A DNA stretch of 64,000 nt from Candidatus Omnitrophota bacterium (GTDB lineage: Bacteria > Omnitrophota > Gorgyraeia > Duberdicusellales > 4484-171), in contig JAWOBO010000062.1 of the NCBI GenBank assembly GCA_046484225.1, forward strand, positions 934 through 64,933, given 5' to 3'. The position numbers and the translations under genes were made by a program. Positions within the stretch are counted from its first letter, which is position 1. Each line of letters opens with the position of its first letter. This document shows positions 29,305 through 42,625 of this stretch, in pieces. The notes under the pieces were generated by a model. That model had not been told where the DNA came from. It saw only the letters and a list, made by a program, of their open reading frames with translations, and made no database searches.

Positions 29305-30237
29305 TTATTGATTTTGCTTGGTTAATCTAACAATGGCGCCCTTACTACCGGAAATATTTCCTCTTATAAAAATAACTTTTTTTTCTTTATCTACTTTTAA
29401 AACTTTTAAATTTTTAGTAACTCTATAAGCTGCGCCAAGATGACCTGGCATTTTTTTATTTTTTGCAATTTTAGAAGGAGTAGCAGAAGGACCTACTGAA
29501 CCTACCCGGCGATGCATTCCAGAACCATGGGAACTAGGTTGTCTTTGCATATTATGGCGTTTGATTGCACCTGCAAACCCTTTACCTTTGGTTTTTGACC
29601 GTACAGTTAGCAATTGACCTTGGCTAAAGATTTCAACCCCCAGATAACGAGACGGAGTTTTCTTTTCTTCCTCTGTTTGGCCTTTATCTAAACTTTTGTC
29701 TTCCTGCTTCCCTTCTTCAGGCACAGTTTCTTTAGCTTGATTGTTTTCTTTTTTATCTTCCTTTGCCTCTTCCTTGTCTTGCTCTTTTTTCACTGCCTTG
29801 TCTTGTTCCTTTACAGAATCATCTTTGCTTCCTTGTAAAGTTTCTTTTTGACTCTGCTCTTCTTTTCCAGCGTTGCCAATATTTTCAGGTTGATGAACCT
29901 CTTTCTTTTCTACTTTAGCTTGAGCGCTTTCAGGTTTTTTTTCTGATTCTTCTGAAAAAGAAAAATCTGCATCTTTTTCTATTTCTACTTCTTTAACAAG
30001 TTTGTAAGGAGGTACTCCAATTTTTTCAAAATAGCCTTTCTGAGGTTTTTTAACCTTCGAAATTTTTGTATCTTTGATCTTAAAGCATCCAATTTTAGCC
30101 CTTTGCTTGTTCGGATAAGTTATCTTCTCCAAAACACAAGCCGGCTCAACTTCAACTACAGTAGCAGGTATAAGCTCACCTTCCGGGCTAAACATTTGAG
30201 TCATTCCAATTTTCTTTCCAAAAATTTCTTTAATCAT
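29305..30237 (-). CDS. rplC: 50S ribosomal protein L3 carrying a ~105-aa internal Glu/Lys-rich low-complexity insertion
   Basis: MIKEIFGKKIGMTQMF N-terminus (AGGA Shine-Dalgarno 7 nt upstream of ATG at 30235-30237); conserved C-terminal L3 core; the insertion corresponds to ~29655-29980. Confidence 0.85.
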   Translation of the reverse strand: MIKEIFGKKIGMTQMFSPEGELIPATVVEVEPACVLEKITYPNKQRAKIGCFKIKDTKISKVKKPQKGYFEKIGVPPYKLVKEVEIEKDADFSFSEESEKKPESAQAKVEKKEVHQPENIGNAGKEEQSQKETLQGSKDDSVKEQDKAVKKEQDKEEAKEDKKENNQAKETVPEEGKQEDKSLDKGQTEEEKKTPSRYLGVEIFSQGQLLTVRSKTKGKGFAGAIKRHNMQRQPSSHGSGMHRRVGSVGPSATPSKIAKNKKMPGHLGAAYRVTKNLKVLKVDKEKKVIFIRGNISGSKGAIVRLTKQNQ

Positions 30238-30254
30238 CTTTTTTCCTAAAATCT

Positions 30255-30333
30255 CCACACAGATTAGCACAGATTTATAATAGATTCACACAGATATTTT
30301 ATCTGTGTTTATCGGTAATTTTATCTGTGTGCA
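30255..30333. promoter_or_regulatory. Cluster of CACAGAT/ATCTGTG half-sites in inverted arrangement in the rpsJ–rplC spacer
   Basis: cacacagattagcacagatttataatagattcacacagatattttatctgtgtttatcggtaattttatctgtgtgcatctgtgtt; the same ATCTGTG-containing motif recurs at 34130-34156 and 54509-54554. Confidence 0.5.
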
Positions 30334-30342
30334 TCTGTGTTA

Positions 30343-30672
30343 TTACACTTCTTGCTTTATTTCTGCATTTACTCCGGCTGGTAAATTCAATCTTCTTAAT
30401 GCGTCTATTGTTTTTGCAGTCGGACTGTCTAGATCTAATATTCGCTTATGAACCGCAATCATAAACTGCTCTCTTGATTTTTTGTTAACATTAGTAGCTC
30501 TATTTACCGTATAAACCTTTTTCTTAGTAGGAATTGGTATCGGTCCATTAATTTTGGCACCAGTCCGAATAGCTACTTCTGTTATTTCCTTAGCAGAATT
30601 ATCAAGCAATCTATGATCAAAAGCTTTAAGCTTAATTCTAATTTTTAGTGGTGAACGCATTTTTTTCTCCAT
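30343..30672 (-). CDS. rpsJ: 30S ribosomal protein S10
   Basis: 109 aa, [14 protein letters not shown]. Confidence 0.95.
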   Translation of the reverse strand: MEKKMRSPLKIRIKLKAFDHRLLDNSAKEITEVAIRTGAKINGPIPIPTKKKVYTVNRATNVNKKSREQFMIAVHKRILDLDSPTAKTIDALRRLNLPAGVNAEIKQEV

Positions 30673-30762
30673 CTACAGTTATACTTTTTTGTTCGACGTT
30701 TGAAGTACACCGTTCAACGTTAAAAAGTTATTAAACGTAGAACTTTGAACCTAGAACGAATA

Positions 30763-31968
30763 TTATTCGATTATTTCTGTAACTAAACCAGCCCCTACAG
30801 TTCTTCCTCCTTCACGGATAGCAAATCTTAACTCTTTTTCACAAGCAACTGGTTGAAGCAAACTTACCTCTACTTCAACATTGTCACCGGGCATAACCAT
30901 TTCAACCCCTTCAGGTAACTTACAAGTACCAGTTACATCTGTAGTTCTAAAATAAAATTGCGGTCTATAACCTGAAAAAAATGGAGTATGCCTTCCACCT
31001 TCTTCTTTCTTTAATGCATAGACTTTTGCCTTAAATTTTTTATGAGGTGTAATTGATCCAGGCTTAGCAATAACCATTCCTCTTTCTGCCTGTTCTTTTT
31101 CTACCCCACGTAAAAGCAAACCAGCGTTATCTCCAGCTTGTGCCTCATCTAAGGTCTTTCTAAACATTTCAATTCCGGTAACTACAGTTTTTTTAGTTTC
31201 TTCTTTAATCCCAACTAGCTCGATCTCTTCACCAGTTTTAACTTTTCCTCTTTCAACTCTTCCGGTAGCAACTGTACCCCGGCCTGAGATAGAAAATATA
31301 TCTTCGATAGCCATAAGAAAGGGGCGATCTGTATCACGTTTTGGTTCTGGAAAATAATCATCAAAAGCCTGAATCAATTCTACAATTGGCTTGCAATTGT
31401 CAGAGTCAACATTTCCTCCGGTAGCATCTTCTAAGGCTTTAAGCGCAGAACCTTTTACAATTGGTATATCTTTGCCAGGAAATTCATACTTAGTAAGTAA
31501 ATCTCTTACTTCTTCTTCAACTAGCTCAACTAACTCAGGATCATCCATCTGATCAACCTTGTTAACAAACACTACAATCGCAGGAACATTAACCTGGCGC
31601 GCTAATAATAGGTGTTCTCTAGTTTGCGGCATAGGTCCATCTGTTGCAGCAACAACAAGTATTGCACCATCCATCTGAGCAGCACCAGTAATCATATTTT
31701 TAATGTAATCGGCATGGCCCGGACAATCGATATGCGCATAATGTCTTTTTTCTGTCTCATACTCAACGTGAGCAATATTAATAGTTACTCCACGTTCTTT
31801 CTCCTCAGGAGCTTTGTCAATATCTTCAAATTTCAAAGCTTGCCCCCCACCTTTTAATGCCAAGACCTGGGTAATGGCTGCAGTAAGGGTGGTCTTACCG
31901 TGATCTACGTGACCAATAGTCCCAATATTAAGATGGGGCTTTGATCTTACAAACTTCTCTTTTCCCAT
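30763..31968 (-). CDS. tuf: Elongation factor Tu
   Basis: [26 protein letters not shown] motifs. Confidence 0.97.
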   Translation of the reverse strand: MGKEKFVRSKPHLNIGTIGHVDHGKTTLTAAITQVLALKGGGQALKFEDIDKAPEEKERGVTINIAHVEYETEKRHYAHIDCPGHADYIKNMITGAAQMDGAILVVAATDGPMPQTREHLLLARQVNVPAIVVFVNKVDQMDDPELVELVEEEVRDLLTKYEFPGKDIPIVKGSALKALEDATGGNVDSDNCKPIVELIQAFDDYFPEPKRDTDRPFLMAIEDIFSISGRGTVATGRVERGKVKTGEEIELVGIKEETKKTVVTGIEMFRKTLDEAQAGDNAGLLLRGVEKEQAERGMVIAKPGSITPHKKFKAKVYALKKEEGGRHTPFFSGYRPQFYFRTTDVTGTCKLPEGVEMVMPGDNVEVEVSLLQPVACEKELRFAIREGGRTVGAGLVTEIIE

Positions 31969-32039
31969 AAAGCACCTCCTTTTATCTCTTTTTTAAAAAC
32001 CTGTTTTTTATATTTTTCTCGCTACAATATTTATATATA

Positions 32040-34127
32040 TTATAAACCTAAAATCTTTGACAGTAATTCCTCGGGCACCTTTTGATAATATGAAGGCTCT
32101 ATTGTATATGAGGCTCTGCCCTGTGTCAAGTTCCGTAATGAGTCTGCATAATCAAAAGATTCGCTCAATGGAATCTCAACACTTACTGTTCGTAAATTTT
32201 TTCTTTCTTTAACTAAATGTATCTTTGCTCTTCTTGAATTGAGATCACCGATTACCTGAGAAAGATATTCCACCGGTGTAATAATTTCTAAATCCATAAT
32301 CGGCTCAAGTAATATCGACCGAGCTTTACGCAAACCTTCTTTAAATGCTAACTCTCCAGCAATTTTAAAACTTAGTTCAGAAGAATCTACTTCATGGTAT
32401 GAACCATCAATTAGTGTAACCTTTAGGTCAACCACAGGATAACCACCTAAGACACCACTTTCAGAAGCTTCATTAATACCTTCTTTCACCGAAGATATAA
32501 ACTCTTTAGGAATTACTCCTGATTTTATCTTGTTTTCAAAACTAATTCCAGTACCTTCTCCAGACGGTGCCATAACAATTTCAACATGCCCATACTGGCC
32601 TTGTCCTCCCCGCTGCTGAATGAACTTACCAGTAGCTTGAACCTTCTTGCTTACAGTTTCTTTATAAGCAACTTGAGGCTTACCTACTTTAGCTTGAACC
32701 TTAAATTCTCTCAATAATCTATCAACCATAATTGCAAGGTGAAGCTGGCCCATGCCGGATATAACATTTTGCCCAGTTTCCCGGTTATAAGTAACTTTAA
32801 AAGAAGGATCTTCATCGGCTAATTTTCTTAAAGCTCCAAACAATTTTTCCTGATCAGCTTTAGTTTTAGGTTCAATAGCTAAAGATACTACTGGTTCAGG
32901 AAATTTTATGCTTTCAATCATAACCGGATCTTTTTTCGTAGTAAGAGTATCACCGGTCATTGTACCCTTTAGGCCAGCCAAACAAACTATATCACCAGCT
33001 TTAGCATCTTTTATAATTTCCTGTTTATTAGCATGCATTTTTACAATTTTGTTAATTTTTTCGCTTTTTTGTTGAGTCACATTATAAATAGTTGCTGCAG
33101 AATCAACGCTGCCAGAATATATGCGCACATAAAATAGTTTGCCAACAAATGGATCGGTTGCTATCTTAAAACATAACGCACAAAATGAATCATCCGAACT
33201 TGCCTTAATTTCTTTTTCTTGGCCGCTTGATACGACTTTAGCTGAAACAGGCTTTACTTCCTTCGGTGAGGGTAGATAGTTACAAACAGCATCTAAAAGT
33301 TGTTGGATGCCTTTATTTTTTAAAGCTGAACCACAAAGCACAGTAACTAATTTATTTTCAATAACATATTTTCTAATTGCCGAGACTATTTCTTTTTTTT
33401 CGATTCTTTCTCCTTCAATAACCCTACTCATAAAAGTATCATCTAACTCAGCAATTTTTTCAATTATTAATTCTCTTTTTTTTGCAGAAATCTGCCTTAA
33501 CTCCTCCGGGATTTCTGCCTCTTTTATATTTTGCCCTAGCTTACCTTCATAGTACAAAGCTTTCTCTTCAATTAGATCAACTATTCCCTTAAATTGATCT
33601 TTATCGTAAATTGGTATCTGAAGAGCAACCGTAGGTATTTGAAATTTCTCTCTCATCTCAGAAACTACAGAAAAAAAGTCAGCTCCTTCTCTGTCCATTT
33701 TATTAACAAAACAAATTCGCGGAACATGGTATTTTTCTGCTTGACGCCAAACTGTCTCTGATTGTGGCTCTACTCCTGAGACACCACAAAAAATAACCAC
33801 TGCTCCATCTAGAACTTTTAAAGAACGTTCAACTTCAACTGTAAAATCAATATGGCCCGGTGTATCAATAATATTAATTTGATGATTTTCCCAACTACAA
33901 GAGGTAGCTGCGCTGGTTATGGTAATCCCTCTTTCTTTTTCCTGATGCATCCAATCAGTTACCGCGGTACCGTCATGAACTTCACCAATCTTATAAGTTC
34001 TTCCCGCATAAAAAAGAATCCTTTCTGTAACTGTAGTTTTACCAGCATCAATATGGGCTATAAAGCCAATATTTCTTATTTTACCAAGACTTTTTTCTTT
34101 ATTCATAACTAAATTTATATTTTCCAC
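32040..34127 (-). CDS. fusA: Elongation factor G (GTG start)
   Basis: [17 protein letters not shown]; 695 aa. Confidence 0.95.
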   Translation of the reverse strand: MENINLVMNKEKSLGKIRNIGFIAHIDAGKTTVTERILFYAGRTYKIGEVHDGTAVTDWMHQEKERGITITSAATSCSWENHQINIIDTPGHIDFTVEVERSLKVLDGAVVIFCGVSGVEPQSETVWRQAEKYHVPRICFVNKMDREGADFFSVVSEMREKFQIPTVALQIPIYDKDQFKGIVDLIEEKALYYEGKLGQNIKEAEIPEELRQISAKKRELIIEKIAELDDTFMSRVIEGERIEKKEIVSAIRKYVIENKLVTVLCGSALKNKGIQQLLDAVCNYLPSPKEVKPVSAKVVSSGQEKEIKASSDDSFCALCFKIATDPFVGKLFYVRIYSGSVDSAATIYNVTQQKSEKINKIVKMHANKQEIIKDAKAGDIVCLAGLKGTMTGDTLTTKKDPVMIESIKFPEPVVSLAIEPKTKADQEKLFGALRKLADEDPSFKVTYNRETGQNVISGMGQLHLAIMVDRLLREFKVQAKVGKPQVAYKETVSKKVQATGKFIQQRGGQGQYGHVEIVMAPSGEGTGISFENKIKSGVIPKEFISSVKEGINEASESGVLGGYPVVDLKVTLIDGSYHEVDSSELSFKIAGELAFKEGLRKARSILLEPIMDLEIITPVEYLSQVIGDLNSRRAKIHLVKERKNLRTVSVEIPLSESFDYADSLRNLTQGRASYTIEPSYYQKVPEELLSKILGL

Positions 34128-34129
34128 TG

Positions 34130-34156
34130 CTTCTTATATCTGTGTTAATCTGTGTT
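34130..34156. promoter_or_regulatory. CTTCTTATATCTGTGTTAATCTGTGTT motif filling the rpsG–fusA spacer
   Basis: Shares CTTCTTAT..TGTTAATCTGT with 54509-54554. Confidence 0.45.
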
Positions 34157-34624
34157 TTAATATTTGAAATGAGCGAAAGCTTTGTTTGACTCTGCCATCC
34201 TATGAGTATCCTGCTTCTTCTTAACAACTGGGCCTTCGTTATTATAAGCTGCTATGATTTCATCAGCAATTTTCTTTTCCATGGGTTGATTTTTTTTCTT
34301 TTTCGCAAAATCCTTAATCCAGCGTAAAGCGATAAAAATACCTTTTTCTTTAGGTACTTCTGTAGGAACTTGATAAGTTGCTCCCCCTACTCTCCGCGGC
34401 TTCACCGCCATCCGCGGCCGGGTGTTATCTAGAGCTGTAAAAAGGGCTTTTATTGGATCCTCTTTTACTTGCTTTGATACCGCATCAAAAGCATTATAAA
34501 CAATCCTTTGTGCTTTGCTCTTTTTTCCGTCAACCATAATGATATTAATAAAATGACCTAGTATAGGATTACCGTATTTTGGATCCGGTTTTCTTTCTCT
34601 TTTAGGTGCTCTATGTCTTCTCAT
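34157..34624 (-). CDS. rpsG: 30S ribosomal protein S7
   Basis: 155 aa. Confidence 0.95.
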   Translation of the reverse strand: MRRHRAPKRERKPDPKYGNPILGHFINIIMVDGKKSKAQRIVYNAFDAVSKQVKEDPIKALFTALDNTRPRMAVKPRRVGGATYQVPTEVPKEKGIFIALRWIKDFAKKKKNQPMEKKIADEIIAAYNNEGPVVKKKQDTHRMAESNKAFAHFKY

Positions 34625-34650
34625 TTTAATCTCCTCTTTAATAATAATTC

Positions 34651-34741
34651 GTCATTGCGAGGAACGAAGTGACGAAGCAATCTCTAAGACCAAGATTGCT
34701 TCGCTTCATTCGCTTTGCTCATTTCGCTCGCAATGACAACG
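34651..34741. mobile_element. Nested-palindrome dispersed repeat, family B copy 2 (diverged) in the rpsL–rpsG spacer
   Basis: GTCATTGCGAGG ... GACGAAGCAATCTC ... GATTGCTTCG ... CTCGCAATGACAACG. Confidence 0.65.
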
Positions 34742-34783
34742 AAATTATACTTACAATAACAACATAAAAAGCTACTCACCAAT

Positions 34784-35161
34784 TTATTTTTTCTTTGGCC
34801 TTTTTGTCCCGTATTTAGAACGAGAACGCTTGCGATCCTGGACACCTTGGCAATCTAAGGCCCCTCTAACAATATGGTATCTTACACCAGGAAGATCTTT
34901 AACTCTTCCGCCCCTCACCAAAACCATGGAGTGTTCTTGCAAATTATGTCCTTCACCAGGAATATAAGCAGTTACCTCATGGCGATTAGTAAGACGAACC
35001 CGGGCTATTTTTCTTAAAGCTGAATTCGGCTTCTTAGGCGTTGCTGTTCTTACTTGAATACAAACCCCACGTCTCTGCGGAGCCTTGCCTAAAGCCGGGG
35101 ATTTAGTTTTTTTCCTTAATTTAGCTCTTGGTTTTTTAATCAATTGATTTATTGTTGGCAT
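34784..35161 (-). CDS. rpsL: 30S ribosomal protein S12
   Basis: [12 protein letters not shown]... Confidence 0.97.
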   Translation of the reverse strand: MPTINQLIKKPRAKLRKKTKSPALGKAPQRRGVCIQVRTATPKKPNSALRKIARVRLTNRHEVTAYIPGEGHNLQEHSMVLVRGGRVKDLPGVRYHIVRGALDCQGVQDRKRSRSKYGTKRPKKK

Positions 35162-38100
35162 TTCTCTACTTCAACCTCCCTGTACCTTTTTAACCCTGTT
35201 CCTGCTGGTATTAAGTGACCTACTATTACATTCTCTTTTAAACCCTTTAGTGAATCAACTTTTCCTGCTGATGAGGCATCTGCTAAAATTCTAGTTGTTT
35301 CTTGGAAACTAGCTGCGGAGATAAAACTTTTGGTGCTTAAAGATGCTTTAGTTATACCAAGTAACATCGGCTGAGCTGTGGCAGGCCTTCCGCCTTTTTT
35401 AATAATTGCTTCATTGGCTTTACGAAAATCCCACTTATCGATACCTTCATCAGGCAAATAATCACTATCCCCGGGATCAACAATTTTTACTTTTTTAAGC
35501 ATCTCTCGAATGACTACTTCAATGTGTTTATCGTTAATCTTTACTCCCTGCAATCTATATATTTCTTGTACTTCATTTACTAAATAACTCTGCAACACTT
35601 TATCGCCACAAACACTTAGAATATCTTGCAACACCACCGGGCCTTCGGTAAGTTGCTGGCCAGCTGCCACCTTATCACCGCGATAAACAATAGGATGGGT
35701 ACCAGTAGGAATTTTATATTCCCGGCTCATTCCCGTGGGGCTGCGCACAATAACTTTACGTTGACCTTTTTTTTCGGTAAATTCGACAAAACCATCAATC
35801 TCACTAATAATCGCAGGATTTTTCGGGCGTCTAGCTTCAAAAAGCTCCGCTACTCTAGGAAGGCCACCGGTAATATCTCTAGTCTTTTCAACCAAACGGG
35901 GTGTTTTCGCAATAATATCACCAGCCTCGACCGGGGCTCCTTCTTCAAGCATGATATGAGCTCCAGTAGGTAAAGGATATATTCCTAGGACTTCTTCAGA
36001 ATCTTCAGAAACTATCAATATTTGAGGATGATAGTCACCCTTAAACTCTACCACCACCCTTTCTTTTCGTCCGGTTGCAACATTCATTTCTTCTTGAATG
36101 GTCATTTTATCGATGATATCTTCATATTTTATTTTTCCGGTTACCTCAGAAAGAATCGGAGAAGAAAATGGATCCCACTTTACAAAAGTTTTACCCTTTG
36201 CAACTTCATTCCCTTCGGCAACCATTATAAAAGCTCCGTGAGGAACAGGATTTCTTTGTAGTTCAATTCCCTGGGGGTCATTTACGCTAATCATCCCATT
36301 TCTATTTAAAACAATAAATTGATTTCCTTTCTTGACTACTTTTAAATTATGAAACTTCACTACACCTTTATTTCTAGCCTTGACAAAAGCACGTTCCGCA
36401 ACTCTTGAAGCAGTACCGCCAATATGGAAAGTTCTCATAGTAAGCTGAGTACCGGGCTCTCCTATTGATTGAGCTGCAATTACTCCAACAGCTTCACCTA
36501 CCTCAACTAATTTGCGAGTCGCTAGATTCCTTCCGTAGCACTTAGCGCATACGCCTCTTTCTGATTCACAAGTAAGCACGCTTCTTATTCTTATTTTTTC
36601 TAAACCTAATTTATCAATTTTATCTGCTTTTTCCTCTGATATCTCTTCGCCAGCTTTAACAATAACTTCATCACTTACAATATCTACTATATTATCAACA
36701 GCAACTCTGCCTACAATTCTTTCTTTTAAGGTTACCACAACTTCTTCGCCTTCAACAATTTCAGAGACAGTAATTCCATTTACTGTTTTACAATCATCTT
36801 CAACGATTATTACTTCTTGAGAAACATCGACTAGACGCCGAGTAAGATAACCAGCATCTGCTGTTTTTAAAGCGGTGTCAGCCAAACCCTTTCGTGCCCC
36901 GTGAGTAGAGATAAAATATTCTAATGCTGATAACCCTTCTTTAAAATTTGAAGTTATCGGAATTTCAATAATTTCACCTGACGGCTTAGCCATAAGCCCT
37001 CTCATGCCAGCAAGCTGTCTAACCTGCAACTTAGATCCACGAGCTCCAGAATCAGCCATCATAAAAACCGGATTAAGCTTGCTCATATTGTTAAAAACCA
37101 AATCGGTAACTTTATCCGTAGTTCTAGTCCAAATATCAATAATTTTATTGTGGCGTTCCCGTTGAGTAATAATGCCTCTTTTATATTGACTATCAACCTT
37201 AGCCAGTTCTTTGTTGGCTTCTTCTATAGATTCATACTTCTGTTTGGGAACCTCCAGGTCATTGTTGGATATACTTATACCTCCTAAGGTTGCATATTCA
37301 AAACCTAAATCTTTAATCTTATCTAAAAGCTCAATAACCGCATTGTGGCCAAACTGATCATAACAATCATCAATAATTTTAGATATCTTTTTCTTATCTA
37401 GGAGTTCATTAACAAACCTAAAGCCCTTAGGTAAAACTCTATTAAATATTACTCTGCCTACAGTTGTTTCAACAATCTTTTTCTCCTCATTTCTTTTAAG
37501 GAAAAATTTAATTTTAGTGGGTATTTTTACCTCATCATCTTGATAGGCGGTTACTACCTCATCAGAGCTTCCAAAAGTTATTCCTTGCCCTTTTTCACCG
37601 TCAGTTTCTGTAGTAAGATAACGGCAACCAATAACCATATCTTGAGAAGGCACAATAACCGGCCTTGAATCGGAAGGAGAAAAAATATTATGCACCGATA
37701 ACATCAACAACTTTGCTTCGGCTTGCGCCTCCAAAGATAGCGGGAGATGAACAGCCATCTGGTCTCCGTCAAAATCAGCATTAAAAGGCGCGCAAACTAA
37801 AGGATGTAGCTTAATTGCTTTACCTTCTACTAGAGTAGGATAAAAAGCTTGGATTCCGAGACGATGAAGAGTAGGAGCTCTATTTAATAAAACAGGATGT
37901 CCTTTGATTACATCTTCTAAGATATCCCAAACTTCAATCCGGGCTCTCTCAACCATTCGGCGCGCACCGCGAATTGTATGAACAAACCCTTTTTCCCGTA
38001 ATTTTTTAATGATAAATGGCTCAACTAACTCAAGAGCCATCTCTTTAGGCAAACCGCACTGATGAAGCTTTAGTTCAGGGCCTACCACAATTACACTTCT

Positions 38101-39123
38101 TCCGGAATAGTCAACCCGCTTTCCTAATAAGTTTTGTCTAAAACGGCCTTGTTTGCCTTTAAGCATATCAGAAAGGCTCTTAAGCGGCCGATTTTGCGGG
38201 CCCATAACTGGCCTGCCGTGGCGTCCATTTTCTAAAACAGCATCAACTGCCTCTTGAAGCATTCTTTTTTCGTTACGGATAATTATCTCAGGCGCACCCA
38301 GGGACATTAACTTCTTAAGACGATTATTTCTGTTAATAACTCTTCTGTAAAGATCATTTAAATCAGATGAAGCAAACCTGCCCCCTTCAAGTGGAACCAA
38401 GGGACGTAAGTCAGGCGGAATAACCGGCAAAATATTTAACACCATCCATTCAGGTTTGTTTCCAGAACGGCGTAAATCTTCTACAATTTTAAGCCTTTTT
38501 AAAAGCCTTTTATTAGCAGCTTTTTTACTTTTTCCGATTTTTTTCCTAATATTGCGGCCAACCTTAGCTAAGTCTAGCCTCTTTAGAAGCTCTCGGATAG
38601 CTTCGGCCCCAATCATTATCTTTACTTCCGGACCGTATTCAGTTTGAGTGTCAAAATATTCCTCTTGACTGATAAGTTGTTTTTCTTTTAACTTTGAAGA
38701 TCCAGGATCAACAACTACATATTCTTCATAGTAGATAATTTTTTCCAACTCTTTTATGCTTAATCCTAAAATAGCTCCTAATCTGGAAGGTAAAACTTTA
38801 AAAAACCAGATATGAGTAACTGGGGTAGCTAGGTCGATATGGCCCATCCGCTGACGCCGCACCGACGAATGAAGAACTTCAACTCCACAGCGATTGCATT
38901 TTGTCCCTTTAAATTTTATCCCTTTTAGCTTCCCGCAATGGCACTCCCAATCTTTAGCCGGGCCAAAAATTCTTTCGCAAAAAAGTCCGTCTTTTTCAGG
39001 CTTAAGGGTCCGATAGTTAAGAGTCTCGGCTTTTTTGATCTCACCTGCCGACCAACTCCTCATATTTTCATTTGAAGCTAATTTTATACTTATTCGGTCA
39101 AAAAAACCTACTTCCTCAATCAT
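35149..39123 (-). CDS. rpoC: DNA-directed RNA polymerase beta' subunit
   Basis: 1324 aa; NADFDGD catalytic motif; zinc-finger CxC...C. Confidence 0.97.
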   Translation of the reverse strand: MIEEVGFFDRISIKLASNENMRSWSAGEIKKAETLNYRTLKPEKDGLFCERIFGPAKDWECHCGKLKGIKFKGTKCNRCGVEVLHSSVRRQRMGHIDLATPVTHIWFFKVLPSRLGAILGLSIKELEKIIYYEEYVVVDPGSSKLKEKQLISQEEYFDTQTEYGPEVKIMIGAEAIRELLKRLDLAKVGRNIRKKIGKSKKAANKRLLKRLKIVEDLRRSGNKPEWMVLNILPVIPPDLRPLVPLEGGRFASSDLNDLYRRVINRNNRLKKLMSLGAPEIIIRNEKRMLQEAVDAVLENGRHGRPVMGPQNRPLKSLSDMLKGKQGRFRQNLLGKRVDYSGRSVIVVGPELKLHQCGLPKEMALELVEPFIIKKLREKGFVHTIRGARRMVERARIEVWDILEDVIKGHPVLLNRAPTLHRLGIQAFYPTLVEGKAIKLHPLVCAPFNADFDGDQMAVHLPLSLEAQAEAKLLMLSVHNIFSPSDSRPVIVPSQDMVIGCRYLTTETDGEKGQGITFGSSDEVVTAYQDDEVKIPTKIKFFLKRNEEKKIVETTVGRVIFNRVLPKGFRFVNELLDKKKISKIIDDCYDQFGHNAVIELLDKIKDLGFEYATLGGISISNNDLEVPKQKYESIEEANKELAKVDSQYKRGIITQRERHNKIIDIWTRTTDKVTDLVFNNMSKLNPVFMMADSGARGSKLQVRQLAGMRGLMAKPSGEIIEIPITSNFKEGLSALEYFISTHGARKGLADTALKTADAGYLTRRLVDVSQEVIIVEDDCKTVNGITVSEIVEGEEVVVTLKERIVGRVAVDNIVDIVSDEVIVKAGEEISEEKADKIDKLGLEKIRIRSVLTCESERGVCAKCYGRNLATRKLVEVGEAVGVIAAQSIGEPGTQLTMRTFHIGGTASRVAERAFVKARNKGVVKFHNLKVVKKGNQFIVLNRNGMISVNDPQGIELQRNPVPHGAFIMVAEGNEVAKGKTFVKWDPFSSPILSEVTGKIKYEDIIDKMTIQEEMNVATGRKERVVVEFKGDYHPQILIVSEDSEEVLGIYPLPTGAHIMLEEGAPVEAGDIIAKTPRLVEKTRDITGGLPRVAELFEARRPKNPAIISEIDGFVEFTEKKGQRKVIVRSPTGMSREYKIPTGTHPIVYRGDKVAAGQQLTEGPVVLQDILSVCGDKVLQSYLVNEVQEIYRLQGVKINDKHIEVVIREMLKKVKIVDPGDSDYLPDEGIDKWDFRKANEAIIKKGGRPATAQPMLLGITKASLSTKSFISAASFQETTRILADASSAGKVDSLKGLKENVIVGHLIPAGTGLKRYREVEVEKCQQ

Positions 39124-42100
39124 TTTTTCTCCTTTTCTGCTTTAATATCTAAACAAAGCCCCTGAAGCTCTTTTACTAAAACATTAAAAGATTCAGGAAC
39201 CGAAGGCCGAAACTTTTGTTCGCCTCTCACAATAGCTTCATAGATACGCGTTCTTCCTTCTACATCATCACTTTTTACAGTAAGCATCTCTTGTAAGGTA
39301 AATGCTGCCCCATATGCTTCAAGAGCCCAAACTTCCATCTCTCCAAAACGTTGCCCGCCAAACTGGGCTTTCCCGCCTAAAGGCTGTTGAGTAATCAATG
39401 AGTAAGGCCCAATGGCTCGAGCGTGAATTTTTTCATCAACCATATGAATTAGTTTCATAATATACATATAGCCTGCCCCTACCTTTTGGGCAAAACGCTT
39501 TCCAGTATAACCATCATACAAAACAACTTTTCCGTCTTCCGGTAAATTAGCCTTTCTAAATAAGTCTTTTATATCTTCCGGGCTAGCCCCATCAAAAACT
39601 GGTGTCTCAACCCTGATATTCAGTTTCTTTGCTGCCCAGCCAAGATGCATCTCAAGCAACTGGCCTACATTCATTCGCGAAGGAACTCCTAAAGGATTAA
39701 GTAAAATATCCATTGGCGTACCATCTTCTAGGTATGGCATATCTTCCTCTGGTAAAACTTTTGAGATAACCCCCTTATTTCCGTGGCGGCCAGACAACTT
39801 GTCACCTGCTGAAATCTTTCTTTTTATTGCCACAAACACCACTATTCTTTTTAATACTCCGGCTGGCAATTCATCGCCTTTTTTCACCTTTAAAAGTTCT
39901 AGATCTTTTTCCATCATTAACTCATTGTACCTTTGATCGTATAAGTTAACTATTGTATTTGCTTCTTCGTTTTCTTGCCAATCACGCGCTTTTATCTTCT
40001 TCTCTGGTTTACCTAAAACAGTACTTAGCCTTTTTAGCTTTTCTTTTTCCAGTATCTCTTTTTCTTCCTCATAGTATTGTTCAATTTCTCTGGTACGTTG
40101 AAGCTCAACTGTTTTTTCTTTTTTCGAACGTCTGCCTCTTGCTTTTCTTTGAAAAACTTCTACGTTAGTTACCACCCCTTTAATCCCAGGAGGTACTCTC
40201 AGTGAACTATCTTTAACATCAGCTGCTTTTTCACCAAAAATAGCCCGTAACAGTCTTTCCTCAGGTGAAAGCTCTTTTTCTGTCTTCGGTGTAACTCTTC
40301 CCACTAAAATATCATCAGAAGCAATTTCAGCACCAATCCTTACTATCCCTTCAGAATCTAGGTCACTCAATGCTTCTTCTCCTACATTAGGAATATCGCG
40401 GGTAACCTCTTCGTTGCCTAATCTGGTTTCTCTAGCTTCAACCTCAAACTTCTCAATATGAATAGAAGTAAGTACATCATCTTTTACTAAACGTTCGCTA
40501 ATGACTATCGCATCTTCAAAGTTGTAACCTCTCCAAGGCATAAAACCAACTAAAAGATTAGTTCCCAGTGAAATATCCCCTTCTTTAGTAGCTATTCCGT
40601 CGGCTATAATATCTCCTCGTTTTAATTTTTGGCCTTTCTTAACTAAAGGAGTCTGGTTTATACAAGTATTAGCGTTAGTCCGATAAAACTTTTTTAATTT
40701 ATACGTATAGTTGTCTATTTTTATCGAAGAACTATCGACCGCAGTAACTTCGCCAGATTCTTCGGTAACTACAGCGGCGCCGCTATCTTTGGCAACTTTT
40801 TGTTCCAAGCCAGTTCCAGCTAAAGGAGCCTCTGGGAAAAGCAAAGGAACCGCCTGCCGCTGCATATTAGATCCCATCAAAGCTCGATTAGCATCATCGT
40901 GTTCTAGGAAAGGAATCAATGACGATGAAACTGACATAATTTGTTGAGCTGAAACATCAATGTATTCAAGCTTTTTTGGTGAAACTTTAGGAAAATTACC
41001 TTGAAAGCGGGCATAAATTTCTGAATCCAAAATCTTGCCCTTTGAGTCCACATTAGAGGTAATTTGGCCTACCATTTTATTTTCTTCTACATCACTCAAT
41101 AAATATTCAATTTTATTTTTGATTTTACCGTCTGCAACCGGCCGATAAGGAGTAGCGAGAAAACCCATAGAGTTAATCTTTGCATAAGTAGTCAAAGAAG
41201 TAAGCAAACCAATATTAGCTCCTTCTGGTGTTTCAATCGGACAAACTCGGCCGTAATGAGTAGGATGGACATCTCTTACTTCAAATCCGGCTCTTTCCCG
41301 AGAGAGGCCTCCGGGCCCCATTGCTGACAATCTTCTCTTGTGAGTCATCTCAGCTATTGGATTTGTTTGATCCATAAATTGTGAAAGCGGCGAACGAGCA
41401 AAAAAATCTTTGATCTGACTAGAAAATGCTTTTGAATTGATTAAATGTTGAATAGAAAATTCTCCTGAAGAAACTAATGAATAACGTTCAGTAAAAGTTC
41501 TTTCTACCCTCAGAAGTCCAATCCTTACTTGATGCTGAAGAAGCTCACCAATTAACTTAACCCTTCGATTAGATAAATGATCTATATCGTCGGTATCTTT
41601 TTTGCCGGCTTTTACCTCTAGAAGATGCTTAATCGCTGCAACCATTGTCTCTAGATCAAGAGTTCTCCTAGATAAGCGGCTATCCATACCTAATTTTTTA
41701 TTCATAAGAAACCTGCCCACTCGGCCTAAATCATACCGACGCGGATCAAGAAACATTCGGTTAAATACTTCTTTAGCTACCTCAAGGGCGACTGGCTCTG
41801 TGGGGCGCATTTTTTTATAAAACTCTAGATAAGCCTCTTCGGTATTGGTAGTTAAATCTTTTTTGACAGTATTTACTATTTCCGGATAAGGTTTATCGGA
41901 AAAATGCTTATATATTTCATCGCTAGTGGATAATCCCATTATTCGCAAAATTTGAGTAGCAGGAAAAGTTTTTCTCCTGTCGACAACAGCAGTTATGGTA
42001 TCAGCTACATCAGCTCTAAACTCTAGCCAATAACCACGGTAAGGAATCATCCGGCCAAAATAAATACGTTTACCTGCGGTATGTAGTTGTTCTTCAAAAA

Positions 42101-42539
42101 ATATCCCTGGTGATCTTTGCAGCTGACTGATTATAGCCCTTTCATCTCCATTTATAATAAAAGATGCAGTAGGAGTCATAAGAGGAATTTCGCCTAGATA
42201 GATCTCTTGCTCGCGAATATCAGAAGAAAGACCAACAAGACGCAACCGTACTCTTAAAGAAGAGGAATAAGTCTGAGACCTTCTTTTGCACTCCTCAATT
42301 GTGTAACGAGGCCTGCCTAAAGTATAAGAAACAAATTCTAGACTGCATTGGTTGTCCGGGCTTTTCATCGGGAATACTTCTTGAAGTATCTCCTGTAAGC
42401 CAGTCTTCTTCCTCTTCTCAGGTAAAACATTCACTTGCAAAAACTCTTTATAAGAACGCAACTGATGGCTAAGTAAATTAGCCATAGGAGGACTGTTTTT
42501 AATTTTAGCAAAAGAAACTTTTTTACTCTTCTTTACCAT
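39120..42539 (-). CDS. rpoB: DNA-directed RNA polymerase beta subunit
   Basis: 1139 aa; conserved beta motifs. Confidence 0.97.
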   Translation of the reverse strand: MVKKSKKVSFAKIKNSPPMANLLSHQLRSYKEFLQVNVLPEKRKKTGLQEILQEVFPMKSPDNQCSLEFVSYTLGRPRYTIEECKRRSQTYSSSLRVRLRLVGLSSDIREQEIYLGEIPLMTPTASFIINGDERAIISQLQRSPGIFFEEQLHTAGKRIYFGRMIPYRGYWLEFRADVADTITAVVDRRKTFPATQILRIMGLSTSDEIYKHFSDKPYPEIVNTVKKDLTTNTEEAYLEFYKKMRPTEPVALEVAKEVFNRMFLDPRRYDLGRVGRFLMNKKLGMDSRLSRRTLDLETMVAAIKHLLEVKAGKKDTDDIDHLSNRRVKLIGELLQHQVRIGLLRVERTFTERYSLVSSGEFSIQHLINSKAFSSQIKDFFARSPLSQFMDQTNPIAEMTHKRRLSAMGPGGLSRERAGFEVRDVHPTHYGRVCPIETPEGANIGLLTSLTTYAKINSMGFLATPYRPVADGKIKNKIEYLLSDVEENKMVGQITSNVDSKGKILDSEIYARFQGNFPKVSPKKLEYIDVSAQQIMSVSSSLIPFLEHDDANRALMGSNMQRQAVPLLFPEAPLAGTGLEQKVAKDSGAAVVTEESGEVTAVDSSSIKIDNYTYKLKKFYRTNANTCINQTPLVKKGQKLKRGDIIADGIATKEGDISLGTNLLVGFMPWRGYNFEDAIVISERLVKDDVLTSIHIEKFEVEARETRLGNEEVTRDIPNVGEEALSDLDSEGIVRIGAEIASDDILVGRVTPKTEKELSPEERLLRAIFGEKAADVKDSSLRVPPGIKGVVTNVEVFQRKARGRRSKKEKTVELQRTREIEQYYEEEKEILEKEKLKRLSTVLGKPEKKIKARDWQENEEANTIVNLYDQRYNELMMEKDLELLKVKKGDELPAGVLKRIVVFVAIKRKISAGDKLSGRHGNKGVISKVLPEEDMPYLEDGTPMDILLNPLGVPSRMNVGQLLEMHLGWAAKKLNIRVETPVFDGASPEDIKDLFRKANLPEDGKVVLYDGYTGKRFAQKVGAGYMYIMKLIHMVDEKIHARAIGPYSLITQQPLGGKAQFGGQRFGEMEVWALEAYGAAFTLQEMLTVKSDDVEGRTRIYEAIVRGEQKFRPSVPESFNVLVKELQGLCLDIKAEKEKK

Positions 42540-42575
42540 AGTTCTCCTCGTTTATTTATTAATAACTAAATCTCA

Positions 42576-42612
42576 TTGCATAGCGCAAAGCGCTTAGCGC
42601 TATGCTCTTTGC
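42576..42612. repeat. GC-rich hairpin repeat, family C copy 2, in the rplL–rpoB spacer (candidate attenuator)
   Basis: GCATAGCGC-AAAGCGCTTA-GCGCTATGC (9-bp stem) + TCTTTGC. Confidence 0.75.
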
Positions 42613-42625
42613 TATCAGCTATAAA

